From the NCBI GenBank assembly GCA_965204745.1, contig OZ242010.1, positions 1,920,001 through 1,984,000 of the forward strand: a stretch of 64,000 nt of DNA, written 5' to 3'. Position numbers and translations under genes: made by a program. Positions 28,466 to 39,194 of this stretch are shown one piece after another. The notes beneath the pieces were generated by a model, which worked only from the letters and a program-made list of their open reading frames with translations, did not search any database and was not told the DNA's origin. This DNA is from Candidatus Latescibacterota bacterium. Lineage in GTDB: Bacteria; Latescibacterota; UBA2968. The first letter of the stretch is position 1; each line of letters begins with the position of its first letter.

Positions 28466-29644
28466 TTAGAGTTCGTAGTGGTCGATTTTGCGGTAGAGGG
28501 TGCGCTCGGACATGCCGAGGAGTTTTGCGGTGCGTTTGCGGTGGCCGCCGGTTGCGCGGAGGGCGTTGACGATGGCTTCGCGCTCGAGTTCGCGCAGGGG
28601 GCGGATGTCGGCTTCTGTGGGCGTTGGGTCCATGGCTGGGGGTTCGGTGGTGTCGGGGGGTTCGGTGTATTCGACTATTTCCGTGCCTTCGATGGGCGCG
28701 TCGTACACGGGAAGGCCCGGCGGGGGCGGTTGCAAATTTTGCATGAGATAGGCTTTGAGTTCTTTGACGTCGCGGGCGACTTCGAGGATGGCCCAATAGA
28801 GCAGGTCGCGGTGGGATTCGGCCGGGGTTTTGCCGGTGGGGACCGGGAGAAACGAGGATTCTGGTTCGGGCGGCGCGTCGAGATAGGGGGCGAGGTCGGA
28901 CGCGGAGATGCGGCGGGTTTTGGACAAGACCATGAGGCGTTCGATGAGGTTGATGAGTTCCCGCACATTGCCGGGCCAGTGGTACTGTTGCAACAGGGCG
29001 AGCGCGTCTGGTGTAAATTCGATGGGCGGCATGTGGCGTTCATCGCTCAGTTTTTGGATGTGGTGTTCGGCGATGAGGGGGATGTCTTGGGGGCGGTTGT
29101 GCAGGGGGGGCATTTCGATTTCAATGACGCGGAGGCGTTGGTAGAGGTCTTGCCGAAACGCGCCTTGGGAGACGGCTTGTTGCAGATTGCGATTGGTGGC
29201 GGCGATGACGCGGACATCTACGGGAATGGCACGGGTGTTGCCCAAGCGGGTGACTTCTTTGGCGTCGAGGACGCGCAACAGGCGCACTTGTGCCGCGGGC
29301 GACATTTCGCCGATTTCGTCCAGGAAAACCGTGCCGCGATGGGCGGCTTCAAAGATGCCTTGCCGCTTTGTGCGCGCGTCTGTGAACGCGCCTTTTTCGT
29401 GGCCGAAGAGTTCGCTTTCGAGCAGGGTTTCGGGGATGGCGCCGCAGTTGACGATCAGAAAGGGTTTGTCACTGCGCGTGCTTTGCCGGTGGATGGCTTC
29501 GGCGACGAGGTTTTTCCCAGAGCCGCTTTGGCCCGTGATGAGCACGCTGACGGGCGTGGGCGCGATTTGCGCGATGCTTTCGCGGACCTGTTGCATGGCG
29601 TCTGAGCGTCCGATGATCGGGGCTTGTTGGAGGTCGGTTGGCAT
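28466..29644 (-). CDS. Sigma54-dependent Fis-family activator
   Basis: GQSGSGK, ESELFGHEKGAFTDA, WPGNVREL, C-terminal HTH. Confidence 0.93.
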   Translation of the reverse strand: MPTDLQQAPIIGRSDAMQQVRESIAQIAPTPVSVLITGQSGSGKNLVAEAIHRQSTRSDKPFLIVNCGAIPETLLESELFGHEKGAFTDARTKRQGIFEAAHRGTVFLDEIGEMSPAAQVRLLRVLDAKEVTRLGNTRAIPVDVRVIAATNRNLQQAVSQGAFRQDLYQRLRVIEIEMPPLHNRPQDIPLIAEHHIQKLSDERHMPPIEFTPDALALLQQYHWPGNVRELINLIERLMVLSKTRRISASDLAPYLDAPPEPESSFLPVPTGKTPAESHRDLLYWAILEVARDVKELKAYLMQNLQPPPPGLPVYDAPIEGTEIVEYTEPPDTTEPPAMDPTPTEADIRPLRELEREAIVNALRATGGHRKRTAKLLGMSERTLYRKIDHYEL

Positions 29645-29655
29645 GGGATGGTCTG

Positions 29656-32600
29656 TTAGGGTGAGCGTTCGTTTTTGAGTTGCTGGATGCGCTTTTCCGC
29701 GCCGTAGCCGTAGTTGCTGGTCGCGCCGTAGCGGGTTTTGATGTCCTCGAGTTCGCGGATGGCTTGGGCGATGTTGTTTTGTGCGGCGTAGCAATCGGCG
29801 ATTTTCATTTGGGCGGATGCGATCCAGAGGTCGGTCGCCGTTGCGTTGTAGCGCAAGATCAAAAATTCCCGCTGGGCGTCTGCGTAGTGGCCCTGCGCGA
29901 AATAGCTTTCGGCGATGGCGTATTGGATGTTCGCTTTTTCGTGTTCATGGGTGACGAGGTCGAGCAAGGGGCGCAGTTCCGCGATGGCTTGTTGGTGGTC
30001 GCCTTTGTTGGGCAAGTAAATCGTGCCGATGTCGATGCGGGCCTCGAGGGCGAGGGGGTGTTGTGGGTGTTCGCGGATGAGTTGGCGCGCGAAGTCGATG
30101 GCGAGGTCGTAGGCGTGGAGGTTGCCGTAACTCTTTGCGATTTTGTGGAGGATTTCGGGTTTTTCAACTTGAGGGACGCCTTTTTCAAGGGCGTTGCGGT
30201 ACGCACGGGCCGCGAGGTTGTACTCTTCGTTGCGTTCCCAAAATTCGGCAAATTCGAGGTTGGCTTTGGCCCAATGCGGGCTGTCGGAAAAATTTTTGAC
30301 GAAGGTGCTGAGGGCGTTGAGATAGGGGTCGTTGTCGCCCTGTTTGTCCGGCCCTTCGGCGTCATAGGCGCGGATGATGTGGTAATGCGCGTCGCGCCCG
30401 GCTTCGGTGGCGGGGTATTTTTCGATGACGTCTTCAAAGATCTGCCGGGCTTTTTTGGCATTTTTGATGGCGAGTTGGTACTCGCCTTTTTCCACCTCGA
30501 AGCGCGCGCGCCATTCGGTCGCGGTTTTGTGGTCTTTTTTGAATCGGCCCGCGGCTTTGTCGGCTTGGTCGATGCGTCGCAGGCGGTAGAGGCACAACAC
30601 TTCGCGGGCCGCGCCGGTTTGGGTGCGCGCGGGTTTGGGCACGCGCCGGTAAGCGGCTAGGGCCTCGGCGTATTTTTCGGTTTGAAAGAGCAGGTCGCCC
30701 ACGGCTTGGTCGGCCTGCGTGCGGAGCGGGCTATCCGGGTATTGTCGGGAAAAGTTGCGGTAGGCGGTCAGGGCTTCGGCGGTGCGGTTGAGGGCGGTTA
30801 GGTGTTCGGCGCGGGTGAAGGCGATGCTGTCGGCGTCTGGGGCGTGGGGGAATTTGCGGAGGAATAGGCGGTAGGTGTCGATGGCGCGGGCGCGTTGATC
30901 GTCGTGAAAATAGGATTGGGCCAGGCGGCGCAATAGCGCGGGCGTGGGGGCGCGCTGGCTGAGGGATTCGTCGATTTCTATGGCGCGTGGATAGTCGGCG
31001 AGGTGGTAGTAGCTTTCGGCCAAAAGCTCGCGGGCAGAGCGGCGCAGCGCGAGGGGCGGGGCAATGGCTAAGAGTTCGGAAAAGGCTTCTGCTGCGCTGG
31101 CGTAGAACTCGCGGTTGAGGAGGATGCGGCCGAGTTGAAAATGCGCGGGCGCGGCCCTGTCGCTGCTGGGATATTCAAAGAGGAAATTTCGGAGGGTTTC
31201 TTCGGCTTGGGCGTGTCGCTGTTGCAGGGCTTGGCACAGGCCGATGCGATAGGTGGCTTTTTCTTTGAGGATGGGATCGACGGCCTCTTGTCGAACTCGG
31301 AGATAGAGGGCCAAGGCCGAGTCGATAGCCGCGGTTGAGAAGTGGGCGTTGGCGATGCGGAGGCGCAGGTCCTGTTGCAGGTCGCTGTTGGGATAGGTGG
31401 TTTCAAAATCGCGGTACGCGCTCAGGCGGATTAGGGCGCGGAGGGTGTCGGGTTGTAAGTCGGCGGTTGCCGCGTCGATGACGGCAAGGGCGGCGTTGTC
31501 GGCCCAATCGCTGTCGGGAAATTTTTCGACGATCATTTTGAGTGTCGTTATGCCCTCGTGGCGCCAGTCGTCTGGGGATTGGTTTTCGAGTGTGGCTTTG
31601 CGGGCGCGTTTCAAATAGCTGCAGCCCAAGAGATAGGCGGCTTCGGGAGACCAGGAGAGGGTGTCTTCGCTCGCTAATGCGGCTTTGAGGTGGGCGGTGG
31701 CGCGGGTATAGTGTTTTTGGCGATAGAGGGTTTGGCCGAGGGCGAGTTGTGTGCGGTCGTCTCGAGCGGGCAGGTTGGCGAGCAAGGCGAGCCAGACGCT
31801 GTCGCGGTGGGTTTCAATGCCAAATTCGGTGAGGAGTTGGATGCGGGTTTCGGCGGTTTCGGCGCGCGGGCCGTCCGCGTGATTTTTGAGGTAGGCGCGG
31901 TATTCCCGGAGGGCAGGCGCGGGTAGGGCGCGTTTTTCAAATACGCGGGCGAGGCCAAATTGGGCTTCGGCGGCGGCGGGTGTGCCGGCGATGAGGGCGC
32001 GATAGTGTTCGGCTGCGAGATCGTACCAATGCAGGTCTTCGCAGAGTTGCGCGATGTGCAAGCGCGCGGCGGCTTTTTCGGCCGGGGATTGGATGCGCGT
32101 TTGGTATGTTTGGTACGCGGAGAGGGCTTTTTGGTGCGAGCCGAGGGCGCGCCAGATATCGCCGATATCGCCGTAGGCTCGGATGCTGACATCGGCGTCG
32201 GGGTATTTCTCTTGGAGCTTTTTGAAGGCGTCTAGGGCGTAGCGATAATTTTTTGAGTCGGCAAAGGCGCGGCCATAGCCCAACAAGGCGTGGGCGCGAA
32301 AGGGGCTGTTGGGATAGGCTTTGAGAAATGCGGCGTAGCGGTTGAGGGCTTCGCGGCTTTTGCCGAGTTCGCGTTTGGCGTTCGCGCTTCCCAATACGGC
32401 GCGTTGGCGGCGGGTGTTGCGCGGCAAGGTGGCGAGTGCGCGGTCGTACGTGGCTTCGGCGCTTGCCCAATCGCTTTTGCCCGCGTGCCATGCGGCGAGG
32501 ATGAGGTGCGAATTTTCAGCGGCGGGCGTTTGGGGAAAGCCATTGCGGAGCGTTCTAAAGACGCGCTCGGCTTCTCGGAGGTCGTCGTGCGCGAGGGCGA

Positions 32601-33279
32601 TGTTGCCCATTTCGAGGAGGGCGTCGGGCTTGCGCTTGGCGGAGGTGGGGGATTCGGCGAGGGTGCGAAATTGCGCGAGGGCTTGGTCCGTGCGCGATTC
32701 TTGGAGCAGGACGCGGCCCAAGTTGAAGGTGGCTTCAGCGACCAGCGGCGAGTTGGGGTATTGCGCGATGAGTTGGCGAAAGGCGTCACCGGCTTTGGAG
32801 AGGACGCCGCCTTTGTGGTAATTTTCGCCTGCGGCTAAGAGGTCTTGGGGCGCGTGTTCCGATGCGGGATAGGCCGCGTGGACTGCGCGATAGGCTTCGC
32901 CTGCGCGGGTATGCTCTTTGAGACGACTGAGGGCATCGGCGCGGGCGCGCATGGCGTTGCCCACTTCGATGTGGTTGGGGTTGCGGTCGATGAATTGCTG
33001 AAAGGCGTCGCGGGCGCGGTCGTACTGTTCGGCTTTGGCATGTGCTCGGCCGAGGCGCAACATGGCGTCGGGCAGGCGTTCGCTGGTGGGGAAATGGATG
33101 ATGAATTGCCTAAATTCCCGTGCGGCGTCGCTGTACATGCCGTCGTTAAAAATGCGGACGGCCAGTTCAAAATGCGATTTTTCATCTTGGGCGCAGAGGC
33201 CGGGCAATGCCGCGAAAAAGAGCAGGCAAAGGCCGAGAGTTAAACCGCGTTTCCAAGTGCTGAGAAGAAGCATTGCCAT
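29656..33279 (-). CDS. Large exported tetratricopeptide-repeat protein
   Basis: Signal peptide; many YP.S..A..A..LG TPR pairs. Confidence 0.85.
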   Translation of the reverse strand: MAMLLLSTWKRGLTLGLCLLFFAALPGLCAQDEKSHFELAVRIFNDGMYSDAAREFRQFIIHFPTSERLPDAMLRLGRAHAKAEQYDRARDAFQQFIDRNPNHIEVGNAMRARADALSRLKEHTRAGEAYRAVHAAYPASEHAPQDLLAAGENYHKGGVLSKAGDAFRQLIAQYPNSPLVAEATFNLGRVLLQESRTDQALAQFRTLAESPTSAKRKPDALLEMGNIALAHDDLREAERVFRTLRNGFPQTPAAENSHLILAAWHAGKSDWASAEATYDRALATLPRNTRRQRAVLGSANAKRELGKSREALNRYAAFLKAYPNSPFRAHALLGYGRAFADSKNYRYALDAFKKLQEKYPDADVSIRAYGDIGDIWRALGSHQKALSAYQTYQTRIQSPAEKAAARLHIAQLCEDLHWYDLAAEHYRALIAGTPAAAEAQFGLARVFEKRALPAPALREYRAYLKNHADGPRAETAETRIQLLTEFGIETHRDSVWLALLANLPARDDRTQLALGQTLYRQKHYTRATAHLKAALASEDTLSWSPEAAYLLGCSYLKRARKATLENQSPDDWRHEGITTLKMIVEKFPDSDWADNAALAVIDAATADLQPDTLRALIRLSAYRDFETTYPNSDLQQDLRLRIANAHFSTAAIDSALALYLRVRQEAVDPILKEKATYRIGLCQALQQRHAQAEETLRNFLFEYPSSDRAAPAHFQLGRILLNREFYASAAEAFSELLAIAPPLALRRSARELLAESYYHLADYPRAIEIDESLSQRAPTPALLRRLAQSYFHDDQRARAIDTYRLFLRKFPHAPDADSIAFTRAEHLTALNRTAEALTAYRNFSRQYPDSPLRTQADQAVGDLLFQTEKYAEALAAYRRVPKPARTQTGAAREVLCLYRLRRIDQADKAAGRFKKDHKTATEWRARFEVEKGEYQLAIKNAKKARQIFEDVIEKYPATEAGRDAHYHIIRAYDAEGPDKQGDNDPYLNALSTFVKNFSDSPHWAKANLEFAEFWERNEEYNLAARAYRNALEKGVPQVEKPEILHKIAKSYGNLHAYDLAIDFARQLIREHPQHPLALEARIDIGTIYLPNKGDHQQAIAELRPLLDLVTHEHEKANIQYAIAESYFAQGHYADAQREFLILRYNATATDLWIASAQMKIADCYAAQNNIAQAIRELEDIKTRYGATSNYGYGAEKRIQQLKNERSP

Positions 33280-33368
33280 GATGGCGTTCCGCGTGGTGGT
33301 GATTGGCGAGATGTGATTTTGTAAATGTATTACATTTTGCAGAAGGCGTCAAATTGAAAGATGGGAAC

Positions 33369-33452
33369 TTAGCCACGAGCGGGGTACAACTGGCGACAGC
33401 CAGTTCAAAGGCACAAAAGGCGTTTAGCCACAAAGGGCACAAAAGGCACAAA
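33369..33452 (+). repeat. Hairpin repeat + CACAAAAGG nonamers
   Basis: TTAGCCACGAGCGGGGTACAACTGGCGACAGCCAGTTCAAAGG. Confidence 0.8.
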
Positions 33453-33466
33453 ATAGGAGGCGCGTT

Positions 33467-34327
33467 TTGGAGATTGTCGAGGATGCGAATGCGAAGATCA
33501 ATTTGGGGTTGAAAATTCTCGGGCCGCGGCGCGATGGGTTTCACGATATTTTGTCCGTGGTTCAGACGATTGATTTGCGCGACCGACTGGTGTTTAGGCC
33601 CTCGGCGCGGGGGCAGATCGCATTGGCGTGCGATGATGCCACGTTGGCCGTTGGGCCGGAGAATTTGGTTCACAGGGCGGTTGTGGCGTTTCGGGATTAC
33701 ACGGGGATGGACCGGGGCGTGGAGGTCGCGTTGGAAAAGCGGATTCCGATGGGCGCGGGGTTGGGCGGCGGGAGTTCGGATGCGGCGGCTGTGTTGCGGG
33801 CGCTGAACCGCATGTGGGAAGCGGGGCTTTCGGAACGAGAACTGCGGGATCTAGGCGCGAGTTTGGGGTCGGATGTGCCGTTTTTCGTGCGGAAGAACGG
33901 GACGGCGATGGTGACCGGGCGGGGCGAGAAATTGCGGTATGTGCGGTGGTCTGCGGATGTGGTCTATGTGCTGGTCTGGCCGGGGTTTGAGGTGGATACG
34001 GGATGGGCTTATGCGAATTATAGAAAGCCCTTGACAGTACATAGGGATTATGATAGGTTTTTCAACTCTGTAAATTTTGACGAGTTGCCCGCTGCGGAGT
34101 TGTTTTGTCATGTCGAAAATGATTTTCTGCCCTTGGTCGCGCAGACGCATCCGGAGACGCGCGAGATCTTGTCTCGATTGACGGATGCGGGCGCGCTGGT
34201 TGCGTCGATGTCTGGGAGCGGTTCGACGCTTTACGGCGCGTTTGCGAGTCGGGCGGTTGCCGAAGGTGTTTGGGCGCGGTTTAAGGCCGAGGGTTTTCGG
34301 GCGTTTTTATGTTGTCCCGCGGTTTGA
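33467..34327 (+). CDS. ispE: 4-diphosphocytidyl-2-C-methyl-D-erythritol kinase
   Basis: AKINLGL, IPMGAGLGGGSSDAA, LGSDVPFF, MSGSGST. Confidence 0.95.
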   Translation: MEIVEDANAKINLGLKILGPRRDGFHDILSVVQTIDLRDRLVFRPSARGQIALACDDATLAVGPENLVHRAVVAFRDYTGMDRGVEVALEKRIPMGAGLGGGSSDAAAVLRALNRMWEAGLSERELRDLGASLGSDVPFFVRKNGTAMVTGRGEKLRYVRWSADVVYVLVWPGFEVDTGWAYANYRKPLTVHRDYDRFFNSVNFDELPAAELFCHVENDFLPLVAQTHPETREILSRLTDAGALVASMSGSGSTLYGAFASRAVAEGVWARFKAEGFRAFLCCPAV

Positions 34328-34351
34328 ATTGCGGGAACTGGAGTGTTTTTT

Positions 34352-35029
34352 ATGGCTGATCAAGTTTTTCTCAGCGCAGATGTGCGAACTGAAGCGGGAA
34401 AGAAAGTCGCCAAGGGGTTGCGCCGTCAGGGGCGATTGCCCGCGATAGTGTACGGGGAACGCGAAGACCCGATTAAGTGTTCGGTGGATCAGCGCGCCTT
34501 GACGGATTTGTTGCACGATCACGGGCGCAACGCCATTATCGCGCTCGAGGCGGGCGATAAGCGGCAGAGCACGATTATCAAGGATATCCAGTACCATCCC
34601 TTGCAGGGCGATATTTTGCATGTGGATTTTCACCGCATCAATTTGACGCGCAAAATCGTGGTCGAAGTGCCCATCGCGGTGCAGGGGGTGCCGCTCGGGG
34701 TGCGTAATGATGGCGGGATTTTGGAACACATGTTGCACGGTCTCGAGATCGAGTGCTTGCCCACGGATATTCCGGATCGAGTTGGGGTGGATGTGTCGAA
34801 CATGGAAATTGGGGATTCGCTGCACGTTTCGGATATCGCGATAGACGGCGATGAGCTGACCCTCGTCACGGATGGGGATCGCACGGTGTTTGCGGTGGTC
34901 GCGCCCGCGATTGTCGCCGTTGAAGAGGAAGCAGAAGAAGACGAAATGGTCGAAGAAGAGATGCAGGAGCCGGAAGTGATCGAACGCGGCAGGCGCGGCG
35001 GCGATGACGAAGAAGGCGATGCAGCGTAG
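34352..35029 (+). CDS. rplY: 50S ribosomal protein L25/Ctc
   Basis: LRRQGRLPAIVYG, IQYHP...ILHVDF, acidic tail. Confidence 0.95.
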   Translation: MADQVFLSADVRTEAGKKVAKGLRRQGRLPAIVYGEREDPIKCSVDQRALTDLLHDHGRNAIIALEAGDKRQSTIIKDIQYHPLQGDILHVDFHRINLTRKIVVEVPIAVQGVPLGVRNDGGILEHMLHGLEIECLPTDIPDRVGVDVSNMEIGDSLHVSDIAIDGDELTLVTDGDRTVFAVVAPAIVAVEEEAEEDEMVEEEMQEPEVIERGRRGGDDEEGDAA

Positions 35030-35030
35030 C

Positions 35031-35576
35031 ATGAAGGCGATAGTGGGATTGGGCAACCCGGGCGCGCGTTATGCCCATACGCGCCACAATATAGGGTTTT
35101 GGGTCGTGGATGCGATGGGCGAGGATGTGCGATGGCACGCCTTTGAATTTTGCATGTGGAGCGAGGTCGGCGATGAGTTGGTGCTGGTCAAGCCGCTGAC
35201 GTATATGAACGAGAGCGGGTTGGCAGCGGCGCAAATTGCGCGGTGTTTTGGGGTGGCGGTGGCAGATGTGTTGGTGGTGGTTGACGACGTGCATTTGGAG
35301 GTGGGGCGGTTGCGCTTTCGGCGCGCGGGCAGTCACGGTGGGCACAATGGGTTGCGGTCGATTGAGCGCGAACTGGGGTCTTCGGATTTTCCGCGGATGC
35401 GCGTGGGCATTGGGCAGCCCGCAGAGGCGGATGGGTTGATCGATTACGTGTTGGGTGAATTTTCGCCGGAAGAACGAGCTGTGATCGCAGATGCTGTTGG
35501 CCGAGGGGTCAGCGGTGCTTTTTGTTGGGCAACACAGGGCATTGAACAGGCGATGAATCGGTACAATGCGCGTTAA
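35031..35576 (+). CDS. pth: Peptidyl-tRNA hydrolase
   Basis: [31 protein letters not shown]. Confidence 0.96.
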   Translation: MKAIVGLGNPGARYAHTRHNIGFWVVDAMGEDVRWHAFEFCMWSEVGDELVLVKPLTYMNESGLAAAQIARCFGVAVADVLVVVDDVHLEVGRLRFRRAGSHGGHNGLRSIERELGSSDFPRMRVGIGQPAEADGLIDYVLGEFSPEERAVIADAVGRGVSGAFCWATQGIEQAMNRYNAR

Positions 35577-35595
35577 TTTGGATGAGGGGTGTTCT

Positions 35596-37578
35596 ATGGT
35601 TTTGGCACCTGTGCTGGGAGCGGCGGGGCTTCTTTGCGCTGGTTTGATTTATCTCTATGTCGCCAGACAAGCCGATGGTACGGACCGCATGCGGGAGATC
35701 GCAGCGGATATTCACGAGGGGTCGGTGACGTTTTTGAAGCGCGAATACAGCGTGCTCGGGGTTTTTATCGCGGCGGTATTCGCGCTGGTGTTTTGGGGCA
35801 TCAATTCGGCGACGGCCCTGGCTTTTTTGGGCGGCGCGCTGTGCTCGCTTTGCGCGGGGTTTATCGGCATGAAGGCGGCGACCAAAGCCAATGTGCGAAC
35901 CGCTTGTGCCGCCAATCGGGAGGGACGGGATAAGGCGTTGAATGTCGCGTTTTCTGGCGGGGCCGTGATGGGCCTGGCCGTGGCGAGCCTCGGGCTTTTT
36001 GGCGTGGGCTTGCTTTTTTATTTTTACGGCAAACCGGATCAGGCCGCGATTATCAATGGGTTTGCCATGGGCGCGAGTTCTATCGCGCTGTTCGCCCGGG
36101 TTGGCGGCGGGATTTATACGAAGACCGCGGATGTGGGCGCGGACTTGGTGGGCAAAGTCGAAGCGGGTATTCCGGAAGACGATCCGAGAAATCCGGCGGT
36201 GATTGCGGACCACGTGGGCGACAATGTGGGCGATGTGGCCGGTATGGGCGCGGATATTTTCGAGTCTTATGTGGGGTCCATCATCGCGACGATTGCGATT
36301 GCGGCAACGGCCGGCAACGCGGCACTCTTAAAGTTGGGCGGGGATCAAGTCGCGGCGATGCAATACCCGCTGGTCGTGGTGATGATCGGGTTGGTGGCGT
36401 CGCTGGTCGGCGTGGGGGCCATTCGCGTGTTGCAGTCGTTAAGCCCGGACGCGGCCCTGCGCTATGCCACGTATATTTCCGCTGGTTTGATGCTCATCGG
36501 GGCTTATTTTGCCGCCGAATGGATGGGGTTGGCACGCGGCGTTTTTTGGGCGATTCTCTTTGGGTGCGTGGTCGGCATCGCCATCGCGCTGATGACCGAA
36601 TACTACACGGGCGGGGCGCCTGTAAAGCGCATTGCCCATTCGTCGGAAACCGGATCGGCGACCAATATGATCGCCGGCTTGGCGGTGGGGATGGAGAGCA
36701 CGACCTTGCCGATTTTGGGGATATGCGTTGCCATTGGCGGCGCGTTTCACTTTGCCGGGCTATACGGCATTGGCATTGCCGCTGTGGGGATGTTGTCCAC
36801 AGTGGGGGTTACGATGGCGGTGGATGCGTATGGCCCGATCGCCGACAATGCCGGGGGGATTTCCGAGATGGCTGCACTGGGGCCTGAGACGCGCGAAATT
36901 ACCGATGGGTTAGACGCGCTTGGCAATACGACTGCGGCGATTGGCAAGGGGTTTGCGATAGGGTCTGCCGCGCTGACCGCGCTCGCGCTGTTTTCCGCGT
37001 ATTCGGCGGCGGTGGGCATCGATTCGATCAACCTGATCAAACCCAAGGTCGTGATCGGGTTGTTCATCGGCGGGGGCGTGCCTTTTTGCGTGGCGGCGTT
37101 GACGATGACGAGCGTGGGCAATGCGGCTTTTAAGATGGTGGAGGAAGTGCGCCGCCAGTTCCGCGAAATTCCGGGGCTGATGGAAGGGACGGGCAAACCG
37201 GATACGCGCCGGTGCGTAGATATCAGCACGGTTGCCGCGCTGCGCGAGATGGTGGTGCCCGGGTTGGTGGCCGTGTTGACGCCCGTGGTGGTCGGGTTTG
37301 TGTTGGGCGCGGAGGCGTTGGGCGGGATGCTCGGGGGCGCGACTGTGTCGGGCGTGTTGCTGGCGTTGATGATGGCGAATAGCGGGGGGGCGTTGGACAA
37401 TGCCAAGAAGTTGATTGAAGGGGGCGATTTGGGCGGCAAGGGGTCCGAGGCACACAAGGCGGCGGTGGTCGGGGATACGGTTGGCGATCCCCTAAAAGAT
37501 ACGTCCGGCCCGTCGCTGAATATTTTGATCAAGTTGATGTCGGTGGTTGCCCTGATGCTGGCGCCGTTGCTGGCATAA
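35596..37578 (+). CDS. hppA: Membrane-bound K+-dependent (probably Na+-translocating) pyrophosphatase
   Basis: [46 protein letters not shown]. Confidence 0.95.
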   Translation: MVLAPVLGAAGLLCAGLIYLYVARQADGTDRMREIAADIHEGSVTFLKREYSVLGVFIAAVFALVFWGINSATALAFLGGALCSLCAGFIGMKAATKANVRTACAANREGRDKALNVAFSGGAVMGLAVASLGLFGVGLLFYFYGKPDQAAIINGFAMGASSIALFARVGGGIYTKTADVGADLVGKVEAGIPEDDPRNPAVIADHVGDNVGDVAGMGADIFESYVGSIIATIAIAATAGNAALLKLGGDQVAAMQYPLVVVMIGLVASLVGVGAIRVLQSLSPDAALRYATYISAGLMLIGAYFAAEWMGLARGVFWAILFGCVVGIAIALMTEYYTGGAPVKRIAHSSETGSATNMIAGLAVGMESTTLPILGICVAIGGAFHFAGLYGIGIAAVGMLSTVGVTMAVDAYGPIADNAGGISEMAALGPETREITDGLDALGNTTAAIGKGFAIGSAALTALALFSAYSAAVGIDSINLIKPKVVIGLFIGGGVPFCVAALTMTSVGNAAFKMVEEVRRQFREIPGLMEGTGKPDTRRCVDISTVAALREMVVPGLVAVLTPVVVGFVLGAEALGGMLGGATVSGVLLALMMANSGGALDNAKKLIEGGDLGGKGSEAHKAAVVGDTVGDPLKDTSGPSLNILIKLMSVVALMLAPLLA

Positions 37579-37595
37579 TGGGGATGCGTTTTTTA

Positions 37596-37640
37596 CCCCG
37601 TTCAGAACGTCGGATTCTGAACCTCATGTCCGAGGGGGAT
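37596..37640 (+). promoter_or_regulatory. Candidate S6:S18 autoregulatory leader
   Basis: CCCC can pair with the SD GGGGG; GTTCAGAA/TTCTGAAC hairpin; CC in the linker. Confidence 0.4.
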
Positions 37641-37642
37641 TT

Positions 37643-38023
37643 ATGTCACGAGAGTACGAGATGGCTTTGATCGTCGATACGCAGCGTCCGAATAGGGAGG
37701 TGGATGAGGTGGTCGCACGCTACGAGGCCCTGCTCGAAGAGCACGGGGCCGAGGTGGTCGATGTGGACCGCTGGGGCGCGCGCAAGTTGGCGTATGCGAT
37801 TCGCAAGCGGCAACAAGGCGATTACACGTTTTTCCAATTTCGGGCCGAGCCCAATGCGGTTGCGAATGTGGATCGGGCGTGTCGGTTGGATGAGGCCGTG
37901 TTGCGGCATTTGATTCTTCAGGTCGAGATTCCGCCCGCTGTGGAGGCGGACGATGGCGGGGAATCGCCTGAAGGCGGTTCGGATATTGCGGAAAACTCGG
38001 AAGGAGAGGAGGACGGAGCATGA
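37643..38023 (+). CDS. rpsF: 30S ribosomal protein S6
   Basis: [23 protein letters not shown]. Confidence 0.95.
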   Translation: MSREYEMALIVDTQRPNREVDEVVARYEALLEEHGAEVVDVDRWGARKLAYAIRKRQQGDYTFFQFRAEPNAVANVDRACRLDEAVLRHLILQVEIPPAVEADDGGESPEGGSDIAENSEGEEDGA

Positions 38024-38271
38024 ACAGAGGTCGATTGAAGGTGTGTCATATTTGCGAGGGCAACGCGAGGGCGTGCCGGTTTGAAGCGCATCGGTTGGAG
38101 ATCGATTACAAGAATGATCGCTTGTTGCGGCGGTTTGTGACGGAGCGCGGGAAAATCGTTCCGCGCCGCATGACGGGCACTTGTGCAAAGGGTCAACGTG
38201 CGTTGGTGCGTGCGATTAAGCACGCGCGCTACCTCGCGCTGATGCCTTATGTGAACGATTCGGTTCGATAG
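38020..38271 (+). CDS. rpsR: 30S ribosomal protein S18
   Basis: [37 protein letters not shown]. Confidence 0.93.
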   Translation: MNRGRLKVCHICEGNARACRFEAHRLEIDYKNDRLLRRFVTERGKIVPRRMTGTCAKGQRALVRAIKHARYLALMPYVNDSVR

Positions 38272-38317
38272 GCTGGATGCAACCAGGGCAGTTTTGCCGA
38301 AACAATGGGAATACGCG

Positions 38318-38761
38318 ATGAAGGTTATTTTGATTTCAGATGTGGATGCGCTGGGCAGTGCCGGCGAGGTGGTCGAGGTGAAAGACGGGTATGCGCGAAA
38401 TTTTTTGATGCCTCGGTCCCTGGCGTTGATCGCAAACGCGGGCAACATGGCCGTGTATGAGAATGTGCGCCAACGGCGTGAGGTCCAACGGACACGCGCA
38501 GCCCGCGAGGCCGAATCGCTGGCGAACGCGCTGAGCGAGGTGTCGTGCAATGTGGCGGTGACAGCGGGCGAGGGCGACCGCATTTTCGGATCGGTGACGG
38601 CCCAACACATTGCGACCGCGCTCTATGATTTGGGATTTGATATCGACCGCCGCGCCGTGGAACTCGAGGAGCCGATTCGGGCGTTGGGCGTGTACGATGT
38701 GTCCATTCGCCTTCCGGCAGGGTTTAAGGCGTCTGTGAAGGTGTGGGTGGTTCGGGAGTAG
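38318..38761 (+). CDS. rplI: 50S ribosomal protein L9
   Basis: MKVIL..DV..LG..GEVVEVKDGYARNFL.P, IFGSVT. Confidence 0.96.
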   Translation: MKVILISDVDALGSAGEVVEVKDGYARNFLMPRSLALIANAGNMAVYENVRQRREVQRTRAAREAESLANALSEVSCNVAVTAGEGDRIFGSVTAQHIATALYDLGFDIDRRAVELEEPIRALGVYDVSIRLPAGFKASVKVWVVRE

Positions 38762-38821
38762 AGGCGAGATGGAAGCAGGCAACGCAAATTAAGAGTTGAA
38801 TCCATTGCGTATTTGTCTTTT

Positions 38822-39100
38822 GGGACCTACCCCCCTAACCCCCCTTCCTGCGAGGAAGGGGGGAACTGTGAGCGGTTTTGCGAGGGTATTGATGAGGGAT
38901 TTCTAATCGCTTTATGCCCTCGGTCAATGCCATCAGAGTAACCAGAGCGAGAAGCCATCAAAGGGACTTTACTCCCCTTCCTCGTAGGAAAGGGGCCGGG
39001 GGATAGGTCCCCTCGGTCAATGCCATCAGAGCAACCCTAAGCCATCAAAGGAGCTTTACTCCCCTTTCCTCGTAGGAAAGGGGCCGGGGGATAGGTCCCC
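38822..39100. repeat. REPIN-like element, copy 3 (three units)
   Basis: Near-identical to 3926-4155 in inverted orientation. Confidence 0.85.
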
Positions 39101-39116
39101 TCGTGCAGAGATAGAG

Positions 39117-39157
39117 AAACCCCCGTTCTGACCATGTTCGGTCAGGCGGGGGTTTTT
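39117..39157. terminator. Terminator hairpin
   Basis: AAACCCCCG..CTGACC..GGTCAG.CGGGGGTTTTT. Confidence 0.7.
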
Positions 39158-39194
39158 GGTGGGTTTTTGTTTTTGGGGCGTGTGTGGGATTGGG

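Noticed and set aside
34327-34352. tRNA-Gln expected after ispE
   Set aside because: Only 24 bp separate ispE and rplY; no tRNA signature was seen anywhere in the window
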